Under the pieces are notes generated by a model that saw only the letters and a program-made list of their open reading frames with translations, had not been told where the DNA came from and did not search any database. Shown here in pieces: positions 47,289-57,443 of a stretch of DNA of 64,000 bases. Source of the stretch: a bacterium (GTDB lineage Bacteria; Hydrothermota; UBA3073; JACQXS01; JAQTXJ01); the NCBI GenBank assembly GCA_028716385.1, contig JAQUPX010000004.1, positions 130,234-194,233 of the forward strand, given 5' to 3'. The translations under genes and the position numbers were made by a program. Numbering within the stretch: the first letter of the stretch is position 1; each line of letters starts with the position of its first letter.

Positions 47289-48506
47289 ATGCAAAGACTA
47301 CTTGCAGAAGTCATAAAAATCAGGAAGCTTAAACCTAAGCAGGATGATAATTTTTTAGTTTCCCCTGTAAGATGTAAGGTAATAATAAGAGGTAGTGCAT
47401 TTAAGGGGTTTAAGCTCCCTCCTCATGTAAAAATGAAAAGAGGTTGGATTAAAAGAATGTGTGTTTCTCCTTGGGAAATAAGGGAAAAAGATTTCATTGT
47501 CCTTACGCCTGAAGAAACGAAACTTTTTATTCCTAAGATAAAAGGAGATAGAAATGCTGACGGATTCAAAGAAGGTATATTGGAAAATGAATTTCTGAAA
47601 ATTTTAGTTTTACCTCATTACGGGGTAAAAATCAGCAGTTTAATTTACAAAGCAAACAAAGAAGATAAATTTAAGCCTGCCCTTAAATATTTTAAAGATG
47701 AACACGTTGATATGGGGGGAGCGGATAATTTAATAGATGAAGAGTTCCCGGGAAGTTTGTTGAATGCCGATTTTAAAGTAAAATCAAAAGGTTTATACGA
47801 ATACGAGAAAAATAAATTAAAAATTATTAAACGTATGAAACTATTAGATGGATTGCCAATCTTACACATAGGCATAGAAATAAAAAGTAAAAAAGAAAAA
47901 GAAATAAACTTTTGGCAAAGACTTTCATTTAAAATAGCAAACAATTGGTGGGAAAATGTTGTATCCGTACCGACTAATGAGGGTCTTAAACAGACATGGC
48001 ATTCAAAAACGGCGTATATTAAGATATCAGGCGAACATTATGGATTGAATCTAGGGGCTTTTCTTTTTGCCTCACCTCTGAGAAAAAACAAAAAAGAAAA
48101 TAATACCGGAAACTTACTCTGGGCAGCTAACCCTGCTTTGTTAGACTTTTTAACTGTCGCCAATGAACGAACTGCAATGAGAATTATGCCTCGTTTTTTC
48201 CCATATAAATTAAAAAAGAACGAATCGGTTAAATATAATCTCCTGTGGGCTGTTGGCGAGTCCTCAGAAATAAGTTCCAATCTAATTGCAATAGGATCAA
48301 GGGCCGTTCTGCCAAATAATAAAATTCTTTTTTCTATTATAGCAAAAAGCAAGAAACGAATAAATCGTGCAAAGATTTACGTTAATGAAAAAGAAGAGAA
48401 TATTTCATTGAAACCATTAACTATAAAAGGGGTAGGCAACTTTTTAACGGGTAAGATAGTAATTAGCGCTTCTCCCGATGTACCAATAAAATTTAAATTA
48501 CTATGA
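47289..48506 (+). CDS. hypothetical protein (first gene of 3-gene operon)
   Basis: The 405-aa ORF has no recognisable motif. Its stop overlaps the next gene's start (ATGA). Confidence 0.45.
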   Translation: MQRLLAEVIKIRKLKPKQDDNFLVSPVRCKVIIRGSAFKGFKLPPHVKMKRGWIKRMCVSPWEIREKDFIVLTPEETKLFIPKIKGDRNADGFKEGILENEFLKILVLPHYGVKISSLIYKANKEDKFKPALKYFKDEHVDMGGADNLIDEEFPGSLLNADFKVKSKGLYEYEKNKLKIIKRMKLLDGLPILHIGIEIKSKKEKEINFWQRLSFKIANNWWENVVSVPTNEGLKQTWHSKTAYIKISGEHYGLNLGAFLFASPLRKNKKENNTGNLLWAANPALLDFLTVANERTAMRIMPRFFPYKLKKNESVKYNLLWAVGESSEISSNLIAIGSRAVLPNNKILFSIIAKSKKRINRAKIYVNEKEENISLKPLTIKGVGNFLTGKIVISASPDVPIKFKLL

Positions 48507-49723
48507 TTCAAAAAACTTTTACATTTGGCTATGAGTGGGAAATTCCTATACTTACTAATGATTTAATGCCGGTTAAGGATAAAGACGTTGATGATATAGC
48601 GCACAAGCTGAGAAACAAATTTCCGTGGTCAAGGACAGGTTATGACTTTATATCAAGAGATGGCAAAATGCTTGAGATTAAAAGTGGAATATTGAACTCT
48701 TATAAGGAATTAATAGAAAAAACTTCACTCCAAATGGAGGAACTAAAAAATCTATGCAAAGAAAAAGGCGTTGTTTTCTTCCCGATAGGTACTCATCCTG
48801 TGATTGGAGGAGCTTGTGGGTTACATGTGCATATTGGAAGTATATATAACATAAAAGAATTAACCTTAATTGCGAACTCAAGTGTACGATATTTACCTTG
48901 TTTTGCAGCACTTGCAGCTAATTCACCCGTATGGGAATTTGAAGCAAAAGAATATAAAAGTTATAGGGTGAAAAAATTTGCAAATTGGGCTTCTAATATC
49001 AGAGGAATTACAAAACCGGAATTCGTTCAAAGAGATTGGGCAGACGATGTTTGTGTATCAATAATAAGAAGTGGACATCCGACAATTGAATTAAGAATTG
49101 GGGATTCTCCGTCTTCAGTTCAGTTCGCTATAGAATACGTGGGTTTTGTAGTTGCTTTTTTTGCGAACTTAATCAAAAATGAGCGTATGAATCTCACCCA
49201 TCAAGCATATGTTGAATCAATAGAAAACAGATGGAGAGCGACAAAACTTGGTTTACAAGCCGTTTTCCTCTGGGACGGGAAAAAAATTGAAGTAACGGAT
49301 GTCTTAAAAAAGATGCTTGAAACGGCAGATTTTGAATCGCTCGGCATTGATAGTCCAAACCTGATTAAGAAAATGCTTAAACTTCGTCAAACTCAAGCAG
49401 ACTGGCAGCTGTTACTTTATAAGTATAATAACGACACTCATTCATTTGCAAAAACAATAAGTAATGAAATAATGCGAGGAGACGTATTAAAAGATTATCT
49501 TTCCAAGGCAATTGAACTCCCGCCTGAAAAATGTTTATCAATTGAAAATTATATTTTAGAAAATATAGGGATTGAAACTCCTTATTTAGAGTTATACGAG
49601 TTGCTTCAATTACCGCATCAGGTTATTCAGCAAAAGTTAGAAAACCTTGAAAAATCAGGGCATATTAAAATTCAAAAGAATCAGGAAAAAGGGATTGTAT
49701 ATAGTCGTGTCTTTCATTCCTAA
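48503..49723 (+). CDS. GCS2-family (YbdK-like) carboxylate-amine ligase fused to C-terminal winged-helix domain
   Basis: It has FTFGYEWEI near the N-terminus, GLHVHIG, and PTIELRIGD (compare RPTLEIRxxD in YbdK). The C-terminal ~90 aa look wHTH-like (…ENLEKSGHIKIQKNQEKGIVYSRV). Confidence 0.5.
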   Translation: MIQKTFTFGYEWEIPILTNDLMPVKDKDVDDIAHKLRNKFPWSRTGYDFISRDGKMLEIKSGILNSYKELIEKTSLQMEELKNLCKEKGVVFFPIGTHPVIGGACGLHVHIGSIYNIKELTLIANSSVRYLPCFAALAANSPVWEFEAKEYKSYRVKKFANWASNIRGITKPEFVQRDWADDVCVSIIRSGHPTIELRIGDSPSSVQFAIEYVGFVVAFFANLIKNERMNLTHQAYVESIENRWRATKLGLQAVFLWDGKKIEVTDVLKKMLETADFESLGIDSPNLIKKMLKLRQTQADWQLLLYKYNNDTHSFAKTISNEIMRGDVLKDYLSKAIELPPEKCLSIENYILENIGIETPYLELYELLQLPHQVIQQKLENLEKSGHIKIQKNQEKGIVYSRVFHS

Positions 49724-49794
49724 AGAAAACAGTGCATTGTATTTTCTATTAACATGATGGAATCTTAGAGGCTCAATCTCAGACCACTCATTAA

Positions 49795-52152
49795 TTGACA
49801 TCTTCTACAAATTGTTTTAATATCTATTCAACTGTGAAGAATAGAATTGTTTTTGCCATAATAATAACCGGTTTATCGGGTGTTATCGGGCAATTGCTTT
49901 TTATCAGGGAACTGCTTATCGTTTTCCACGGGAATGAATTTTCTATAGGGATCGTGTTGGCTAACTGGTTATTACTGGAAGGGTTGGGGGCTTTATTAAT
50001 CAGCAGGATAAGGATTTTTAAAAATAGAAATACGGTTAGTTCTGTTTTTGTCCTGTTTCAGCTTGTTTTTTCCGTTTATTTACCGATTGCCGTTTTATTA
50101 ATCCGCAACCTTAAATCTATTTTTGGAATAATGCCGGCAGAGACTTTAGGTTTGCTGCCTATTTTTTATTCATCGTTTCTTTTTTTGTTGCCTGCAAGTA
50201 TCTGTCATGGAGCGTTGTTTACGCTTTGCTGCAAACTGTACGATAATGAATTCCCTAACGCCGGCGGTAAGTCCATAGGTGTTGCATATATATACGAGAC
50301 GGCAGGTTCAATTATCGGGAGTTTGTTGTTTTCTATTGTGCTTGTAAGGTATTTTGATTCTTTTTATATAGTTTTTGGAGTAATGATTTTGAATGTTTTG
50401 ATGGTAATGGTATTGCAGTGGGGTTATAAGAGTCTATTCTCAAAGGTTTTGAACGGCATAGCGATTATCTTATTTGTAAGCGGTATTTATTTTATTTTCA
50501 AGGTGGATAAAATACGGCAATTTTCCGTTTCCAGCCAGTTTTTATCAAAGAATGTCGTGTTCTATAAAAACTCCATATACGGGAATACTGCGGTTATCAA
50601 AAGCGAGGAGCAATACAGTTTTTTATATAACGGGGTTCCAAACGTAAATGTGCCTGTTCCGGATGTTTCGTTTATTGAAGATTTCGTAAATTTTCCATTA
50701 TTGTCGCATCCTGCGCCAGAATCGGTGTTAATCATTGGGGGAGGAGCGGGCGGCGTGATAGACAAGATATTGAAGTATGACATTACGTCCATTGATTATC
50801 TTGAGCTTGACCCGTTGTTAATATCTACAATCAAGCAGTTCCCGACACCGATGACTTCTAATGAGCTTAGTTCGGAAAGAGTTCATATTAAATATGAGGA
50901 TGGCAGGTTATTTTTGAGGAAAAAGGAGCATGGGCAGTATGATTTAATTTTTATCGGGGTATCCGATCCTGTCAGCCTTCAATCAAACAGGTTTTTTACG
51001 GAGGAATTTTTTAAATTAGCCGGGCGAAGGTTAAATCCCGGAGGCATATTAACCATAACTTTACCGGGGTCGTTAGAGTATATGGGGAAGGAACTTGCGG
51101 ATTTGAATTTATGTATTTATACAACGATAAAAAAAGTTTATCCGTATGTAAAAGTAATCCCGGGGGATTTCAATATGTTTTTGTGCAGTAACTCGGATAT
51201 ATCGGTAATCCCGGATACAATACTAAAGCATTTAACTGAGAGAGGAGTTGAATCGAGTGTTTTTACGGAGGGGTATGTAAAATACAGGCTTGACAGTTAT
51301 AAAGAAAAGAAGTTTTTGAGTTCTATTTCAAAGGAGAAAACAGGGATAAACAGGGATTCCCGTCCTATCGGGGTATTTTACAGTCTTGCTTACTGGAGTG
51401 CACTTTTCAACCCTGGTATGGATAAAGTATTTAATTTATTTTTAAGATTTAATTTGTGGTTTTTTGTTTTGCTTGTGGGGATAATTAGTTTATGTTTTTT
51501 TATTATTAGTATTAAGCGTAAGAATAAAGGTAGTCAGGTGATTATACCTTTTTGTATTTTCACGACAGGTTTTACGGGAATGGTATTTAGTTTGGCGATA
51601 ATCTTTGCTTTCCAGTCGGTGTACGGGTATGTTTTCAAGGAGATAGGGATATTAACGGCGGCTTTTATGGGAGGAGGGTTGGTTGGAGGGTTAATTACTA
51701 CTGTGTTTTTGCGTGAAGAAAAAAAGAATTATAAGAGTTTAATATTTTTTGAATTATGTTTGGTATTGTTTGCGTTGCTGTTTCGGTTTATTATAGTGCC
51801 GTGGAGTTTGATTTTTGTGGTTTTATGTTTTGTGATTGGTTTACTGGTGAGTGCTGAATTTCCGCTTGCGAACAAGATATATTTAGAGAATTCCGTGGGC
51901 ATTGAGAGAAGTGTTGGGGTACTTTACTTGTTTGATTTATTGGGAGGGTGGTTTGCGGGTCTTATAACGGGAATAATTATGTTGCCGGTAATGGGGCTTT
52001 GGGGAACTTGTGTAGCGGTAGCGGTTTTAAAGATTAGTAGTATGGGGTTGATTAAACAGGTAACAATAAACAGTAAAAAAAATAAAAAACATAGAATGTG
52101 TTTGAAATTATACAGACAACAAAAGAGAGGTTTCCCCCGCAGGTTATGCTAA
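49795..52152 (+). CDS. polytopic membrane protein with embedded spermidine-synthase-like (aminopropyl/methyl-transferase fold) domain
   Basis: Several N-terminal TM helices, a central SpeE-like domain (VLIIGGGAGGVIDKILKY … DLIFIGVSDP) and C-terminal TM helices are visible. A likelier start is the GTG at 49834 (MKNRIVFAII…). Confidence 0.7.
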   Translation: MTSSTNCFNIYSTVKNRIVFAIIITGLSGVIGQLLFIRELLIVFHGNEFSIGIVLANWLLLEGLGALLISRIRIFKNRNTVSSVFVLFQLVFSVYLPIAVLLIRNLKSIFGIMPAETLGLLPIFYSSFLFLLPASICHGALFTLCCKLYDNEFPNAGGKSIGVAYIYETAGSIIGSLLFSIVLVRYFDSFYIVFGVMILNVLMVMVLQWGYKSLFSKVLNGIAIILFVSGIYFIFKVDKIRQFSVSSQFLSKNVVFYKNSIYGNTAVIKSEEQYSFLYNGVPNVNVPVPDVSFIEDFVNFPLLSHPAPESVLIIGGGAGGVIDKILKYDITSIDYLELDPLLISTIKQFPTPMTSNELSSERVHIKYEDGRLFLRKKEHGQYDLIFIGVSDPVSLQSNRFFTEEFFKLAGRRLNPGGILTITLPGSLEYMGKELADLNLCIYTTIKKVYPYVKVIPGDFNMFLCSNSDISVIPDTILKHLTERGVESSVFTEGYVKYRLDSYKEKKFLSSISKEKTGINRDSRPIGVFYSLAYWSALFNPGMDKVFNLFLRFNLWFFVLLVGIISLCFFIISIKRKNKGSQVIIPFCIFTTGFTGMVFSLAIIFAFQSVYGYVFKEIGILTAAFMGGGLVGGLITTVFLREEKKNYKSLIFFELCLVLFALLFRFIIVPWSLIFVVLCFVIGLLVSAEFPLANKIYLENSVGIERSVGVLYLFDLLGGWFAGLITGIIMLPVMGLWGTCVAVAVLKISSMGLIKQVTINSKKNKKHRMCLKLYRQQKRGFPRRLC

Positions 52153-52233
52153 ACAAACTGGCAAGCAGGATCTCAGAGAACGTCCCGCCAAAGCGGGATA
52201 AACTCCGAACAGAAAAAAGGACAAAGAATTTTT

Positions 52234-54933
52234 TTATTTTTCTTTTGGCATAGATACTGTAAGGACTGATTTGGCGAAATATTTATTTGCCACTCTTTGA
52301 ACATCTTTAGCTGTAACTTTCTGAATATTATCTAAAAACTTGTCAAAAAATTGATATCCAAACCCAAGTGTTTCCCAAGAGACTGCTTTTGATATTTGTT
52401 GAGCGTTAGTTTGATTGTAGATAGGGTATAAGTTTATCATTTCTTTTTTGAAATCTTCCATTTCTTTGTCAGTCAGGGGTTCGTTTTTCAATCTCTCAAC
52501 TTCTTTTTTTAAGATGGATACCACTTCTTTGTATTTTTCCTGAGAAGTCTGGACAGTGATTATAAATGTAGATGGGTCTATACTAATAGGTTGATATCCA
52601 TAAGCATAATATACTAGATCTTTTTCACCCCGTAAAGCTTTATATAACCTGGAACAATTGCCTCCAAAAATATTAGTAATTACATTTAGAACATAAAAAT
52701 CTTCATCTGCACCTTTTACTGTTGGAAAACCCCATAAAATCATTACTTGTGGGTGAGAATAATAGTTAAAGACTTCCTTGCACTCAGACAATTCAGGTTC
52801 AGGAGGGATTTCAGGTGTAAATATTTCTTTGGATTTGAATTCCTTAAATGCTTTTTCAACCGTTCTTACAATCTCTTTTTTATCAAAATCACCAAAAATA
52901 CCTATAACCATATTGTTTGGAACCACAAATTTTTCATAATACGATTTTATATCATTTCTAGTAAGTTTTGAAACATTTTTTTCTGTGCCCAATAAGGTTA
53001 ATCTATAAGGATGTTTGGTATATAACTGTTGAGAAAAAAATTGTTCGGCCAGAGTCTCGGGATTTTCTTTCTGTCTATTAATATCAGCAATAATGTCTTT
53101 TCGTAGTTTCTCAATTTCTTTTTCCGGAAAAGTTGAATTACAGAGAATATCTGCTAAGACATCCATAACCTGATCTATATCGTTCTTTAAAATATCAGTT
53201 GTCAGACAGGATATGTCTTTACTCGTTGCAAAACTAATAGAACTTCCTCTTTTTTCAAATTCTTCCGATATTTCTTCGGCAGTTCGTTTTTTTGTTCCTC
53301 TAAGCAACATTTTTGCTACGAAATTAGTAATTCCATTATTCTCTTCTGTCTCATATCTGGTCCCGGTTTTAAAAGCTACTTCAATGGAAGCTGTAGGGAA
53401 ATTAGAATTTCTTTTTAATAATAAAGTAATCCCATTATCCAGTTTGATTTTTTGAATTTCTTCTTTTATTTGTTTTTCAGAAAGGGTGTCTTTAGTTGCA
53501 GGTTTTTCCGAGCCGATTGGTTTTACTGTTACAATAACCATATTTTCATCATAAAAATATTTATTAGCTACTCTTTTTATGTCTTCTTTAGTGACTTTTT
53601 GGATTTTTGGGATATAAGTATCATCATAAAAACTCGGGTCATTAGTAGCAATCCAATTTTCTCCAATATTGGATGCTTGAGTTTCTATGTCTTGTGAATA
53701 AAGAAGTTTTCTAGCCATAATTCTTTTTTTAGATTTTTTGAGTTCATAGTCAGAAATTTCATTTTGGCGGACATTTTTAATTTCCGCAGAAATAATCTTT
53801 TTTATTTCTTCTACATTTTGTGGGTCAGATGTTTCCGTACCAATTATAAAAGCTCCTTTTACATAGGAAGGTGTACTAGAATAACCATAAATATAATTAA
53901 CCAGTTGTTTTTCTTCTTTTAAAATCTTATTAAATCTAGAATTTTTGTCTCCGCCTAAAACATCTGCAAGTATATCCAGAGGGTACATATCTTCGTCAAA
54001 AGTATCAACGGTATGATAGCCTATTGTAAGATTCGTAGCGCTAGCATCTAATTCAGTTTCTACAACTCTTTTATTTATTTGTTGAGGTTCTACAGGCAAT
54101 ATTGGGAAATCTATTGATTTTTTTTCAAAATTCTTGAATGCTTCTTTTATTTTTAGAAGCACCGTATCTTTATCGAAATCTCCCACTACCACAAAAAGCA
54201 TATTATTAGGAACATAAAATTTTTTATAATACGCCAAGATATCGTCACGAGTGAGTTTTTTGAAAAGTTCAGCATAACCGATTATTGGGTATTGAACAGG
54301 ATGAATTTTATAAAGGGTATTATTAAAAATCTGATTAGCTTTTCGCTCGGGAACTTCGCGCATTAATATTTCTTTGAGAATCACTCCTTTTTCCCTTGCA
54401 ATTGCGGTAGAATCAAAAGCGCAATTTGTCAACCAGTCAGCCAACATTCCTAGAGCCTCGTTAAAGTATTTGCTATTTACGGTTATCTTATAACAAGTAC
54501 ACTCAAAGGAGGTATATGCATTATAATCGGCTCCAATTTCCTGTTTTAATTTATTAAAATATTCTTCCGTATGATTTCTTGTAGTTCCGCCAGCCATTAT
54601 GTGTTCAAAGTAATGCGATAGCCCGGAGCCAAGATGTTTGCCTTCATAAAGACTACCTGCTTTAACGTAAGCGCGTAAAGCGGTTATTTTTGCCGTATGA
54701 TTTTCTTTAATCAGAACAGTCATTCCATTATCCAGAGTAAATTCTGAAATATCATTTTGAGCAATAAGAACAACCGGGCTCATAATAAATATTAAATAAA
54801 GAATGGTGGATTTAAGGTGTTTTGCAAACATTACAAACCTCCTATTTTTGGCGGTTTCAGTTTCGTTTCTAAAGAGTTTATAAAAAAACAAATATATTAA
54901 CTTGTAACTTACTTTATTGAAATTTTTTGTCAA
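52234..54933 (-). CDS. M16-family (pitrilysin/insulinase-like) zinc peptidase, tandem M16 active + inactive halves
   Basis: It has the HxxEH motif HYFEHIMAGGT…E in its N-terminal half. The 899-aa length is consistent with a two-unit fusion, and it carries a signal peptide. Confidence 0.8.
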   Translation of the reverse strand: MTKNFNKVSYKLIYLFFYKLFRNETETAKNRRFVMFAKHLKSTILYLIFIMSPVVLIAQNDISEFTLDNGMTVLIKENHTAKITALRAYVKAGSLYEGKHLGSGLSHYFEHIMAGGTTRNHTEEYFNKLKQEIGADYNAYTSFECTCYKITVNSKYFNEALGMLADWLTNCAFDSTAIAREKGVILKEILMREVPERKANQIFNNTLYKIHPVQYPIIGYAELFKKLTRDDILAYYKKFYVPNNMLFVVVGDFDKDTVLLKIKEAFKNFEKKSIDFPILPVEPQQINKRVVETELDASATNLTIGYHTVDTFDEDMYPLDILADVLGGDKNSRFNKILKEEKQLVNYIYGYSSTPSYVKGAFIIGTETSDPQNVEEIKKIISAEIKNVRQNEISDYELKKSKKRIMARKLLYSQDIETQASNIGENWIATNDPSFYDDTYIPKIQKVTKEDIKRVANKYFYDENMVIVTVKPIGSEKPATKDTLSEKQIKEEIQKIKLDNGITLLLKRNSNFPTASIEVAFKTGTRYETEENNGITNFVAKMLLRGTKKRTAEEISEEFEKRGSSISFATSKDISCLTTDILKNDIDQVMDVLADILCNSTFPEKEIEKLRKDIIADINRQKENPETLAEQFFSQQLYTKHPYRLTLLGTEKNVSKLTRNDIKSYYEKFVVPNNMVIGIFGDFDKKEIVRTVEKAFKEFKSKEIFTPEIPPEPELSECKEVFNYYSHPQVMILWGFPTVKGADEDFYVLNVITNIFGGNCSRLYKALRGEKDLVYYAYGYQPISIDPSTFIITVQTSQEKYKEVVSILKKEVERLKNEPLTDKEMEDFKKEMINLYPIYNQTNAQQISKAVSWETLGFGYQFFDKFLDNIQKVTAKDVQRVANKYFAKSVLTVSMPKEK

Positions 54934-55092
54934 GCAGATAAAGATAATACTGATAGGGAGGCAAAGAAAAACAGATTATATCGTACTGCAGAGGTGCAGA
55001 GTTTAAAATAGAGAAAGAATAAAAAAGAGAATAAAATAGGAAGTAAAAAGGAAGCGGCGTAGAGTTTTGAACCCTGTCAGAGATTATTTTAT

Positions 55093-55647
55093 TTATTTTC
55101 GCAACTTCAGGCAATATTTTTTTTGTATAGCAATGTTGTCCAATATAGAGTGGAGTGACTTGGATTTCTCTTTAATTTCTAACCCTTTAGAATTTTTTTT
55201 CGCTATAGTCAATGCTTTTTTTAATTCTTCAATCTCTAAAACGGTTGATGCAATACAATAATAACTTTTCGAACGTCCTTCATTAAATTCTTGTAACATC
55301 TCTCTTAGTAATTGTTCTCTAATTTTTTGTAACTTTTCAAATTCAGGCACTTTATTTTTTTGAATAAAGGCAATGTCATCTTCAAGTTTTTGGTAACATT
55401 TGAATGAATCAAATTTTTTCCCGGCTTCTCTATGTTTTTCCCATTTTTCACATATTTTACTTTCTTGACAATCCCAACAAAATTCGATTTCTTTTTTCTT
55501 TATTGCACAAGTGATAAAAGGACAACCGACAGCCATTCTGTCTTTACTTTTGCAACCGAAGCATCGACTTTTCGTATCCATATGATAACTTGGACAAAGT
55601 CGGCAAGAAAGCCCACATATTCCAATCTCAGGATATTTTATTTTCAT
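55093..55647 (-). CDS. DUF3795-family cysteine-rich protein
   Basis: CGLSCRLCPSYH…CFGCKS…CPFITC…CWDCQESKIC is the multi-Cys pattern of DUF3795. Confidence 0.55.
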   Translation of the reverse strand: MKIKYPEIGICGLSCRLCPSYHMDTKSRCFGCKSKDRMAVGCPFITCAIKKKEIEFCWDCQESKICEKWEKHREAGKKFDSFKCYQKLEDDIAFIQKNKVPEFEKLQKIREQLLREMLQEFNEGRSKSYYCIASTVLEIEELKKALTIAKKNSKGLEIKEKSKSLHSILDNIAIQKKYCLKLRK

Positions 55648-55672
55648 AACATTTAAGTGAATAGTTTTTCTT

Positions 55673-56392
55673 TTAGGGTTTAAAGATAGGGATGGGGGAT
55701 TTTTTATGGGCAGAGCATTGAATTAATTTATTAACTTTGGAGAGAACGGATTTATTTATTCCTTTATAATTGCCTGTTTCTATTGCGATAATAGTTTTAT
55801 CCAGTTCTTTATAAGTAATTCCCATTTCGTTTTCATCCGTCTGTCCTTCCCATAGTCCTGCGGAAGGCGCTTTTTCTATGATAGCGGGTGGGATTTTTAA
55901 TTCTTTTGCAAGCTGCCAGACTTCCGTTTTCAAAAGTCCGCCGATAGGTAACAAATCAACTCCGCCGTCCCCATATTTTGTGAAGTATCCTACGGCTATT
56001 TCGCTTTTATTTCCTGTTCCGGCGACAAGGTAGTTCAGTTTATTGGCGAAGTAGTAAAGAATAAGCATTCGTAGTCTTGGTTTTAAGTTGGCGGAAGCAA
56101 GAAGATTAGCTTCAGGTAAAATCTTTGTAAGTTCGTAATAGATAGAATCTATTTTTATTTCTTTTGTTTTGATGTTGAATTTTTTAGCCAAGAGGTTGGC
56201 ATCTTTTAGGTCTTTTGCAGAACTGTGGCAGGGAATTATAATGGCTAAGACATTGTTTTTGAAAGCTTTTTGAGCTAAGACCGATACTACGGCAGAATCT
56301 ACACCACCGGACAATCCGATTACTACGCCTTTTGAGTTGGCTTTTTCGACCTGAAATTTAAGCCAGTCAGTTATTTTATTTGCAAGAGACAT
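55673..56392 (-). CDS. nadE: NH3-dependent NAD+ synthetase
   Basis: It has the PP-loop GLSGGVDSAVV and a length of 239 aa. Confidence 0.85.
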   Translation of the reverse strand: MSLANKITDWLKFQVEKANSKGVVIGLSGGVDSAVVSVLAQKAFKNNVLAIIIPCHSSAKDLKDANLLAKKFNIKTKEIKIDSIYYELTKILPEANLLASANLKPRLRMLILYYFANKLNYLVAGTGNKSEIAVGYFTKYGDGGVDLLPIGGLLKTEVWQLAKELKIPPAIIEKAPSAGLWEGQTDENEMGITYKELDKTIIAIETGNYKGINKSVLSKVNKLIQCSAHKKSPIPIFKP

Positions 56393-56519
56393 AACAATAA
56401 ATTAAACATATAAAAATAAATACATTGCCACAAAGGCACTAAAACACAAAAGAGTAATCACGAAATAAAAATAAATCTTCTGAAGAATAAAGAACATATG
56501 ATAATATAGAATTTATACG

Positions 56520-57443
56520 TTAGAATTTCCAATTTAAGCCTACATAGGGAGCGTAGTCGTATTTGAAGTCACCCATTTCAGTAATAGGAATAGCGCAGGT
56601 TGCTTCCAGAAGTAACTCGTGCAGGGTTTTTTGGTAAAGTGATCCGCCTTCTGAAACCGTTTGTAGGAGTCGGTATTTAAGTCCGGGGTAACACCTTAAG
56701 GAATAATAATATGTATCGCCTGCGGTGGATGCGAGTCCGTCAAGTTCGCATAGAATAAAAACTTTATTGAATATTGCAGGAGACTCAAGGGTAAAGTTAT
56801 AAAAAATCTCATCAGTTATATTTTCATCTTTTGATAAAAGTCCGTTAGACCAGTAACCGAAAGTCAGGTAAGCTGCGCCTTTGCTATCTCCAAATCTTCC
56901 CAGAATACCTAATTCAAGGTCCGTAGAACTTTTAGTTGGCGAGAAGAAAGCTGATTTATCGCCTGTGGGGAATCTTACACCCAGGAATGGAGAGAATTCA
57001 AGATAATAAGTACCTACAAAACCCATTTCTTTTGTTGGATTAAAAAGATTATATTTAGTATCCAGTGTGATACCTCCGGGTGCAAATTTTGAATATGTGG
57101 TATCAAGCTTCATATTTTCATAAGTTACAGGTATGGTTAATCGGAGTGTCCAATTTTTTTCAAACCCGTAATCGATCTGGAGTATATTAACCATTCGTGT
57201 AAAGGAGGAATCCGTACCGATTGGTATATAAGTTGTATCGTTTAAACGTTGGGAAGTGTAATTTATATACATAAAATGTTCTCTAAACATAAGTCCGAGA
57301 GAAGGCATTGTTGTGGGTGTTGCGCCAACGATAGGTTCTGCCATGGTGCTAGTGTTTACGAGTGTAAGCAATCCGGCGAGCAATGCGAATTTTTTGATAA
57401 AATTATTTTCTAAAAGCATCTTCGATATGTTGAATTTTTTCAT
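56520..57443 (-). CDS. putative outer-membrane beta-barrel protein
   Basis: It has a signal peptide, alternating amphipathic strands and a C-terminal …YVGLNWKF aromatic terminus. Confidence 0.4.
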   Translation of the reverse strand: MKKFNISKMLLENNFIKKFALLAGLLTLVNTSTMAEPIVGATPTTMPSLGLMFREHFMYINYTSQRLNDTTYIPIGTDSSFTRMVNILQIDYGFEKNWTLRLTIPVTYENMKLDTTYSKFAPGGITLDTKYNLFNPTKEMGFVGTYYLEFSPFLGVRFPTGDKSAFFSPTKSSTDLELGILGRFGDSKGAAYLTFGYWSNGLLSKDENITDEIFYNFTLESPAIFNKVFILCELDGLASTAGDTYYYSLRCYPGLKYRLLQTVSEGGSLYQKTLHELLLEATCAIPITEMGDFKYDYAPYVGLNWKF

